Shown one piece after another: positions 32,318 to 38,226 of a stretch of DNA of 38,226 nucleotides (within the stretch, counting starts at the first letter, position 1; the number at the start of each line of letters is the position of its first letter). The translations under genes and the position numbers were made by a program. Below the pieces are notes generated by a model. That model had not been told where the DNA came from. It worked only from the letters and a program-made list of their open reading frames with translations, and did not search any database. This DNA comes from Candidatus Nomurabacteria bacterium. GTDB taxonomy: Bacteria > Patescibacteriota > Minisyncoccia > Phycocordibacterales > UBA9973. Location: NCBI GenBank assembly GCA_028286705.1, contig JAQBRC010000043.1, positions 1 to 38,226 on the forward strand, read 5' to 3'.

Positions 32318-32569
32318 ATGCCACAAGGAATTAATATCATTATCCGATATGACAAAACATTACAAGAGATAACGGGAACCGCAGAAGACCCAGCACGCTT
32401 AAGCAGCAATTCAATATTTGCCTGGCTGCTAGAATGTATTTTGATGGAGTATCCAGAAATAGAAGAAAAATATCCTCCTGGGACATTATATTTCCAGGTT
32501 AATGGATATACACCAAAATCATACAGCCCATTGTTTGATGGCGATGAAATATATTTCGGAGTCGTCTAA
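32318..32569 (+). CDS. MoaD/ThiS-like beta-grasp (ubiquitin-like) protein lacking a C-terminal Gly-Gly
   Basis: 83 aa. INIIIRYDKTLQEITGT...LYFQVNGYTPKSYSPLFDGDEIYFGVV* parallels the MoaD pattern (..vlfFa.lre..G....AvN......d..L.dGDEvaffPPvsGG) but ends at GVV. TATACT (32305-32310) lies 7 nt before the ATG. Confidence 0.45.
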   Translation: MPQGINIIIRYDKTLQEITGTAEDPARLSSNSIFAWLLECILMEYPEIEEKYPPGTLYFQVNGYTPKSYSPLFDGDEIYFGVV

Positions 32570-32596
32570 ATTGATCTTTTCTGCTAGTATGCAGAC

Positions 32597-33166
32597 ATGA
32601 ACATTACTTCTGCACAATTTATTAAAGGGGTGACTGACGGCAACGAAGTTGCAGATCTGCAATTTCCGCAGGTTGCCTTTATTGGGCGTTCTAACGTAGG
32701 GAAGTCTAGTACTATCAACGTCCTTACCAAAGTTAAAGGATTGGCTAAAACCAGTTCTTTCCCTGGGCGTACTCGTCAGATTAATGTCTTCCTGATTAAC
32801 AATAAATTCTATCTCATTGACCTTCCTGGATATGGCTATGCCAAGGTATCGAAGGTTGAGCGTGCGGAAATTGAAGAAGTAATTCGCAGTTACTTATTCA
32901 ACCCGATTATTCATCAGAAAAAGGTAGTATTAATTATCGATGCATTTGTTGGTCCCACGGAATCAGATCTTGAAATGCTTGATGCATTGCTTGAAGATAA
33001 TAAGGATGTGATTATCCTCGCAAACAAGATTGATAAGGTGAAGAAATCAACTCGTCAGGGGGTACTCGCTAAAATTAAGGAAACACTACACGGTCAGTTG
33101 GTTATTCCATTCTCTGCGGAAGAGAAAACAGGAATTAGTGAGGTGTTAGAACAGATGGGGAAATAA
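32597..33166 (+). CDS. engB: ribosome biogenesis GTPase YsxC/EngB
   Basis: FIGRSNVGKSSTIN (G1), DLPGYGYA (G3), NKIDK (G4). Confidence 0.92.
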   Translation: MNITSAQFIKGVTDGNEVADLQFPQVAFIGRSNVGKSSTINVLTKVKGLAKTSSFPGRTRQINVFLINNKFYLIDLPGYGYAKVSKVERAEIEEVIRSYLFNPIIHQKKVVLIIDAFVGPTESDLEMLDALLEDNKDVIILANKIDKVKKSTRQGVLAKIKETLHGQLVIPFSAEEKTGISEVLEQMGK

Positions 33167-33169
33167 GCG

Positions 33170-33979
33170 CTAGGCTTCTTTCAGCTTACTTACGTCCGCT
33201 TCGCCCAACTTTCTTGCAGAGCCCGCCTTCATTGAACCAACATTAAGAAAGCCGATATCGGTTCTTACAAGATCTTCCACTGTAAGGTGACATGCATCCG
33301 CCATTCGGCGGATTTGATGTTTGCGGCCTTCGTGCAGGACAATAGAGAATGAAGTGCGGGAAAGACGCTGCACAATCGCTGGCTTTGTTTTTACTTTATC
33401 CAACATGATACCGTTTGTCATCTTTGCAATTGTTTGGTCAGTAACATTTTCTCGTACTGTCACAACATATGTCTTGCTCACCGTTGAATTTTCTTGTGTA
33501 AGAGCACGGGCAAGAGTCCCGTCATTAGACATGATAATCAACCCTTCTGACTCCTTATCCAATCGTCCAATTGGAGAAAGGTGCTTGAACTTAGGAAATT
33601 GATCATGAAGATCTTCTGCTTTATCAGTTGTCTTGCTGGTTTCAATACCCCGAGGTTTATATACAAGTACTGATTCCTTGCCTTCACGAAGTGTGCCGCC
33701 CTTGATGTCGATGACATCAACACCAACCTTAATGCCAAACCCTGGTTCCTTGATGACTTTGCCATTAACCTTAACTGATCCTTGTGAGATGAGTGCCTTG
33801 GCTTCGCGGCGAGAAGCAACGCCATCGTGGGCGATAGCACGCTCTAGTCTTTCAAGTCCTGGAGCAAGTGTACTCTCTAGCTTCACTGCTTTTTTAAAGA
33901 CCGGCTTGATGAAGGTCTTGTTGAGCTTTTGTGCCGGCTTTTTGGTTCGGTGTTGTATCTGACTACTGCGCTTTTGCAT
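33170..33979 (-). CDS. pseudouridine synthase, RsuA/RluB family (S4 domain plus catalytic domain)
   Basis: S4 segment RLERAIAHDGVASRREAKALISQGSVKVNGK. The catalytic Asp motif is PIGRLDKESEGLIIMSNDG. The N-terminus is basic. Confidence 0.9.
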   Translation of the reverse strand: MQKRSSQIQHRTKKPAQKLNKTFIKPVFKKAVKLESTLAPGLERLERAIAHDGVASRREAKALISQGSVKVNGKVIKEPGFGIKVGVDVIDIKGGTLREGKESVLVYKPRGIETSKTTDKAEDLHDQFPKFKHLSPIGRLDKESEGLIIMSNDGTLARALTQENSTVSKTYVVTVRENVTDQTIAKMTNGIMLDKVKTKPAIVQRLSRTSFSIVLHEGRKHQIRRMADACHLTVEDLVRTDIGFLNVGSMKAGSARKLGEADVSKLKEA

Positions 33980-34037
33980 ATTGTGGCTACTATAGCACGG
34001 ATTTGACAGGTGCTGACATCTCTATAAAATACTGGCT

Positions 34038-34460
34038 ATGAACACTGTTGAACAGATGCTCCAAGTCGCTCAGGACTTGCAGGACAAGGGCAAGATAGAA
34101 GAAGCATTGGCACAATACAGCAAGTCTTTTGACTTGCTTATTGATGAAGCAGGGAAGTATGCCAAGGAGCAGGAATCTGATATTACTGACCTACCAGAGC
34201 TTCGCAAGATTGCTGACAAGCTATTTGAGCACTCAAAAATCTATCTGAAGAGAAATATTAACGCTGCGTATATTCTCAATGCTATGGGCGTACTCTTTGC
34301 TCAGCTCAAGGATTATCCCAATGCACAACAGCGATTAGTTGAGGCAATGGAATTTATTCCTGATGGGACAGATTACAGCGATCCGGCGGATAACCTAGAA
34401 CGTATTAGTGGGGAAGTTGCAGCGGCACGAGCTGCCGCAGATGAAGAAGAATCAGAATAA
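34038..34460 (+). CDS. hypothetical helical (TPR-like) protein with acidic tail
   Basis: 140 aa. KGKIEEALAQYSKSFDL and NAMGVLFAQLKDYPNAQQRLVEAMEF look like TPR-type helices. No firm family. Confidence 0.4.
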   Translation: MNTVEQMLQVAQDLQDKGKIEEALAQYSKSFDLLIDEAGKYAKEQESDITDLPELRKIADKLFEHSKIYLKRNINAAYILNAMGVLFAQLKDYPNAQQRLVEAMEFIPDGTDYSDPADNLERISGEVAAARAAADEEESE

Positions 34461-34527
34461 TTGCTATAACTGGATAAATCGTTAGTGCTTTTGTACACCA
34501 TGGCTGTATACTTGGTGCATAAAACAC

Positions 34528-35700
34528 ATGGCCCAACAAGGAAACTCAAACTTTAGAACTGTTGCGATCTTTATTATAGTTTTCGTTGCTGCAGGGTGCG
34601 GATGGTATGTATACGGAAGCAGTATCACTCATTCGAATATGGTTGCAGGAGTAAGTACTGAGCAGGTTGTTCAGGATACGGTTCCTGAACCAGTTATTGC
34701 TACACCTCCTCCTGTTGTCCATATTGAAACACCTACAACAGTGCGCGCAATCTATATCTCTAGTTGGAGTGCCGGTACAACGTCTAGCATGGTGCATATT
34801 AATAATTTACTCGATGGAGAGGAGGTGAATGCGGTAGTTATCGACATTAAGGATGCAACTGGACGAGTATCGTATATTCCAAAGGATGCTGATTTGCTAG
34901 CGAGTGGCGTTGGCACCAAGCGCATTGCTCACCTCGATACTCTCATCAAGTCACTGCATGATCGACACATTTATGTCATCGGACGCATCGCAGTATTTCA
35001 AGACCCGTACTGGCCAACAGTGCATCCAGAAGATGCATTGCAAGACACCACTACCGGCAAGCCGTGGAAAGATAAGAAAGGACTGACATGGCTACGTGCT
35101 GACAACCTAAAGGTATGGAGTTATATTGAAAGCATTGCTACTGATGCCCATGCTCAGGGGTTTGATGAAATCAACATGGACTATGTTCGTTTTCCAACTG
35201 ATGGCGCAATACATAATATTGATCAGTCGACTTTCAAAACATCTAAGCAAGATATCATAGCAAGCTTTTTTGCCGATCTTGATACAACATTGCGACAGCA
35301 AGAACATATCCCGTTATCTGCTGACATCTTTGGCTTAACGGTAAGCGCAGAGGATGATATGGGCATTGGGCAAAAGATTGAATTGATTGCTCCCCATGTT
35401 GATTATATTTGCCCAATGATTTACCCCTCACACTTTGCTAATGGCAGCTATGGCTTTAGCAAGCCGGCTGAACATCCGTATGAGATTATTCATAAGGCAT
35501 TGACTGATGGCATGGCAAAACTAACTGCAGCAAATATTCCCACAGAAAAAATTCGCCCATGGTTGCAGGACTTTGATCTAGGGGCAATTTACACTGCTGA
35601 CATGGTACAGGCTCAGATTGATGCAACATATGCTGTTGGGCTGAAGTCATGGTTAATGTGGGATGCGAGCAACAAATACACTTTGTCTGTATACAAATAG
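34528..35700 (+). CDS. membrane-anchored putative glycoside hydrolase-like protein (DUF4015 family)
   Basis: 390 aa. N-terminal TM, then VRAIYISSWSAG...VNAVVIDIKDATGRVSY...IYVIGRIAVFQDPYW...KVWSYIESIATDAHAQGFDEINMDYVRFPTDG, as I recall the DUF4015 signature. Confidence 0.65.
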   Translation: MAQQGNSNFRTVAIFIIVFVAAGCGWYVYGSSITHSNMVAGVSTEQVVQDTVPEPVIATPPPVVHIETPTTVRAIYISSWSAGTTSSMVHINNLLDGEEVNAVVIDIKDATGRVSYIPKDADLLASGVGTKRIAHLDTLIKSLHDRHIYVIGRIAVFQDPYWPTVHPEDALQDTTTGKPWKDKKGLTWLRADNLKVWSYIESIATDAHAQGFDEINMDYVRFPTDGAIHNIDQSTFKTSKQDIIASFFADLDTTLRQQEHIPLSADIFGLTVSAEDDMGIGQKIELIAPHVDYICPMIYPSHFANGSYGFSKPAEHPYEIIHKALTDGMAKLTAANIPTEKIRPWLQDFDLGAIYTADMVQAQIDATYAVGLKSWLMWDASNKYTLSVYK

Positions 35701-35740
35701 TTGCTATACTACTATTGTTATTAAGTAATATAATTTGCAC

Positions 35741-35803
35741 ATGGCCAAAGGCGTACGATCTCAAAAAGAAGCAAAGAAACCGAAGAAAGAAAAAAAGAAA
35801 TAA
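35741..35803 (+). CDS. candidate 20-aa lysine-rich micro-protein
   Basis: MAKGVRSQKEAKKPKKEKKK*. TATAAT (35729-35734) lies exactly 6 nt upstream of the ATG, and a terminator hairpin starts 15 nt after the stop. Confidence 0.3.
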   Translation: MAKGVRSQKEAKKPKKEKKK

Positions 35804-35818
35804 TTCTTCACTTACATG

Positions 35819-35848
35819 AAAAATCCGAGGGTACTGCCTCGGATTTTT
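35819..35848 (+). terminator. rho-independent terminator
   Basis: AAAAATCCGAGG-gtactg-CCTCGGATTTTT. Confidence 0.7.
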
Positions 35849-35866
35849 CTCTGCTATACTATGGAT

Positions 35867-36391
35867 ATGGAAAAAAATAACATTACCCCAATTTCACTAA
35901 TTATTACTGGTGTAGCAGTCATCGGATTTGCAGCCTTGTTTATCAGTGCTAAAAAGCAGCAGGACATAGCCGTTACTCCAGCGGCTGATACTACTCCTAG
36001 CTCACTCTGTTATGTGCTTAACAAGAATGGCGATACGGCATTCTTGAAGCTTACAACTACAGATGGCGGTTTGACCATTACTGGTGACCTCGCTACCTAC
36101 CCAGCGCAAAAAGATTCAATGAAGGGTACATTGTCTGGAGTCGCAACAAACGTTGATGGCGATGCTGTCTTTGATGGTCAATATGCTAACTCTGCTGAAG
36201 GTATGAACAACATCAGTGAACAGTTGATTAAACTTGATCCTACTCAGGCTCAGATTGGATATGGAGAAATGGTAGAGGCCGCTGACGGCACTTACGACTA
36301 CAAGGACAAGACTAAGGTGACATATTCACTTACTCTCCCTGCTGTTGATTGTACACAGTATGACTCATTGAAAACTGCTGCAGGGCACTAA
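35867..36391 (+). CDS. hypothetical membrane-anchored protein
   Basis: The start is moved to ATG 35867 (MEKNNITPISLIITGVAVIGFAALFI...). The track start at 35816 would translate through the terminator hairpin. TG-n-TATACT (35852-35860) lies 6 nt before 35867. Confidence 0.5.
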   Translation: MEKNNITPISLIITGVAVIGFAALFISAKKQQDIAVTPAADTTPSSLCYVLNKNGDTAFLKLTTTDGGLTITGDLATYPAQKDSMKGTLSGVATNVDGDAVFDGQYANSAEGMNNISEQLIKLDPTQAQIGYGEMVEAADGTYDYKDKTKVTYSLTLPAVDCTQYDSLKTAAGH

Positions 36392-36397
36392 ATACTG

Positions 36398-36440
36398 CAA
36401 ACAAAAAAACACCGAGCTATGCTCGGTGTTTTTTTGTTTG
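36398..36440. terminator. bidirectional terminator
   Basis: CAAACAAAAAAACACCGAGC-tat-GCTCGGTGTTTTTTTGTTTG (20 bp arms) lies between convergent genes. Confidence 0.85.
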
Positions 36441-36442
36441 TT

Positions 36443-37906
36443 CTAGTACTTTCCAATTTCAGTTGCGCTGATGCGCCATTCGTTGTTTACGTTAACAACT
36501 GTGAAAGTGACGGGTTGTGCATTGATGAAATGGTCTTGGGGATTGCTAGTCATCTCAATGATATCAGCCGTTACCGTATAGCTACCATCTTCATTCTTTG
36601 ATACTTCATCAATACTGATATGGTCAGGATATGGACTTGAAGTTTGACGACCCAAAGCGATATCAGGATTGTTCTGCCATTGCTTCAATAGTTCAGGAGT
36701 AAGGTATGAACCATACACCTTTTCCATCTGAGGCTTAAGGGTTGCTGCTGGAGCTAGCAGCGACACCTGCTGCAATGTTTCTCCAAAATGCTGTACGGTA
36801 TCTCGCACAGCCTGCTCGTTCTGATTTTCTGTAGCCGAGGTCGGATCACAGAAGTAATTTCCCCCGATGCAGAATTCATGATGAGCAATCCAGAAATCAG
36901 TTCCATATGGAGCATAGGTCTTGTGTTGATCTGACAAAGATTTAATGCCGATAATAGCAGCAAAGCCGATAGCTATTAACCAGATGATGAGACTAATAAT
37001 TTGGCCAACAGGATGCTTTTTGCCAGTGATATTCCAAGTGTGACGACGTGCTTCATTTACCATTTTTCTGATGGGCCAGCTAATAATATAGACGCAGGCG
37101 GTGATGAATAATGCCAAAAGAATAGGGGAGGCTCCAATGAGAAACTTGTTGCCGAACATGTGATGATCAACAAGTGCGCCCCACATCATGATGCTGTACA
37201 CGATACCGATGCCTATGAGAGCGATTGTTCCAAGGAAGGTAAAGATACCTGTACCAATGCGTGTAAATCCTACCCATGCATTACCGACTTTCTTTGCATA
37301 TTCTGTATGTGAATCAGCATATTTTTTCCAGTACCCTTCTTCGGTATATTTTCCATACTTTGCCTTCATCTCCTCGATAAATTCTTGGGTGTTGAACTGC
37401 TTTCCCTGTGCGTACGCTCGCTCTTCTAGAGTGTCAGCAGCAGGTACGAAGAATGCCATAAGAATATACAGGCCGATAAATCCTCCATGGGTAAATATGC
37501 TCAGGACGATAAAGATAATGCGCACAATTTTTACATCCATCCCAAAGAATGTAGCAATCCCATTACATACACCTGCAATCCATGCCCCTTCGCGAATACG
37601 ATACAATCGCTTTATCACAGGTGCCCCTGTTTCTGCATGATCTCCTTTTTCACCGCCTTCAATTGGTCCCATTTCGGCAATGATAGTTTTTACTTCAGCA
37701 CTGCCAACAACGTTCTTATGCGCACTGATGTATTTGTCGCATTTCTCTGCAATAGCCTGCTCGAAGTCTTTGATGATTTCATCTTGATCGGGATTGTCGT
37801 TTAAGTTGTGCCGTACTTTAGCAAGATATGAGTGCAGCAATGCATACCCTTCTTCTTCGATTTGATAGGCTTTGCCGTTTAGATTTATGGTTATAACTTT
37901 GTTCAT
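36443..37906 (-). CDS. PspC-domain membrane protein with N-terminal DUF1700/HAAS-like domain and C-terminal extracytoplasmic domain
   Basis: 487 aa. The N-terminus ...YLAKVRHNLNDNPDQDEIIKDFEQAIAEK...SAEVKTIIAEMGPIE is DUF1700-like. The PspC motif is KRLYRIREGAWIAGVCNGIATFFGMDVKIVRIIFIVLSIF. Several TM helices follow. The start lies 4 nt after the PadR stop. Confidence 0.7.
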   Translation of the reverse strand: MNKVITINLNGKAYQIEEEGYALLHSYLAKVRHNLNDNPDQDEIIKDFEQAIAEKCDKYISAHKNVVGSAEVKTIIAEMGPIEGGEKGDHAETGAPVIKRLYRIREGAWIAGVCNGIATFFGMDVKIVRIIFIVLSIFTHGGFIGLYILMAFFVPAADTLEERAYAQGKQFNTQEFIEEMKAKYGKYTEEGYWKKYADSHTEYAKKVGNAWVGFTRIGTGIFTFLGTIALIGIGIVYSIMMWGALVDHHMFGNKFLIGASPILLALFITACVYIISWPIRKMVNEARRHTWNITGKKHPVGQIISLIIWLIAIGFAAIIGIKSLSDQHKTYAPYGTDFWIAHHEFCIGGNYFCDPTSATENQNEQAVRDTVQHFGETLQQVSLLAPAATLKPQMEKVYGSYLTPELLKQWQNNPDIALGRQTSSPYPDHISIDEVSKNEDGSYTVTADIIEMTSNPQDHFINAQPVTFTVVNVNNEWRISATEIGKY

Positions 37907-37910
37907 ATAA

Positions 37911-38226
37911 TTAGAGAGAGTTAATGCTGGTGATAATGGTTGATAAGTATTGTTCGAGTCTGTGCATTTCCTTGCGACCTTTTTCGGTCAGGGAATAGTA
38001 TTTTCGAGGAGGTCCTGATTCTGATTCGACCCATTCGTAATCGAGGAGTTCCTCGCGTCGTAGTCGGGAGAGCAGGGGATACAGCGTTCCTTCCTGTGTC
38101 TGAAACTCTGTTTCTGCGAGACGAGAAAGGATATTTGCCACATATACCTTCTTCTTGCTGATAATCTTTAGCAGCACCACTTCAAGTAGGCCTTTTCTTA
38201 ATTGTTGTAATTTGTCTGGTTGATCC
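37911..38226 (-). CDS. PadR-family transcriptional regulator (5' end beyond the right edge of the window)
   Basis: The frame stays open upstream of the track start to the window edge: ..DQPDKLQQLRKGLLEVVLLKIISKKKVYVANILSRLAETEFQTQEGTLYPLLSRLRREELLDYEWVESESGPPRKYYSLTEKGRKE. This is the classic PadR winged helix. Confidence 0.85.
   Translation of the reverse strand, partial: DQPDKLQQLRKGLLEVVLLKIISKKKVYVANILSRLAETEFQTQEGTLYPLLSRLRREELLDYEWVESESGPPRKYYSLTEKGRKEMHRLEQYLSTIITSINSL

Noticed and set aside
35816-35866. The track start at 35816 for the last hypothetical membrane protein.
   Set aside because: The first 11 codons would be translated from the stem of a strong terminator hairpin (35819-35848). 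The next 4 would come from a -10 box. The hydrophobic N-terminal anchor begins right after ATG 35867.
1-38226. Alternative genetic code (UGA recoding as in some CPR lineages), CRISPR arrays, IS elements or transposases, prophage genes, rRNA.
   Set aside because: All conserved genes are full length under the standard code, and TGA is used as a genuine stop (for example the LAGLIDADG ORF, 2 nt before tRNA-Tyr). I saw no repeat-spacer arrays, no terminal inverted repeats flanking a transposase-like ORF, and no rRNA-like sequence.

Overview
This 38.2 kb window looks like a streamlined bacterial chromosome segment under the standard genetic code. I call about 47 protein genes and 5 tRNAs, with no rRNA, CRISPR array or transposase. 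By inference it is a CPR/Patescibacteria-like organism. The grounds are a minimal IF-2, VirB2/TrbC-like pilin paralogs, many small membrane ORFs, almost no Shine-Dalgarno sequences and a free-standing LAGLIDADG gene.

Housekeeping genes that are solid from sequence:
- rpsA (partial, off the left edge), gyrA, a DUF4446-infB-rbfA operon running into tRNA-Cys/Leu/Leu/Lys, and a NifS/IscS-like cysteine desulfurase.
- clpB, tRNA-Tyr, tag, rlmB-like, gltX and a Pif1-family helicase.
- A PLD/cardiolipin-synthase-like gene, engB, an RluB-type pseudouridine synthase, and a PadR plus HAAS/PspC pair (PadR partial, off the right edge).

Most interesting regions:
1. 5401-9519: a membrane-anchored orphan solute-binding protein followed by five tandem VirB2/TrbC-like pilin paralogs. 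Their ectodomains are unrelated, and no secretion or assembly machinery lies in the window.
2. 9580-11394: a two-gene operon next to the 3' end of tRNA-Lys that looks AT-richer by eye. It encodes an SPFH/band-7-like protein translationally coupled to a 4-TM protein, and it has a canonical -35/-10 promoter unlike its neighbours.
3. 24510-28961: a secreted G1 (eqolisin) glutamic peptidase next to a 1,189-aa membrane-anchored protein that combines a beta-helix with an LCAT-like lipase.
4. 31891-32569: a short DUF45/WLM-like zincin next to a MoaD/ThiS-like beta-grasp protein with no C-terminal GG.
5. 18285-19190: a LAGLIDADG endonuclease gene whose stop codon lies 2 nt from tRNA-Tyr.
6. Window-wide: -10 boxes (often TGnTAnnnT) sit 6-9 nt upstream of many start codons, which implies leaderless mRNAs. 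This changes several start calls.

All family assignments come from reading motifs by eye. No database search was run.
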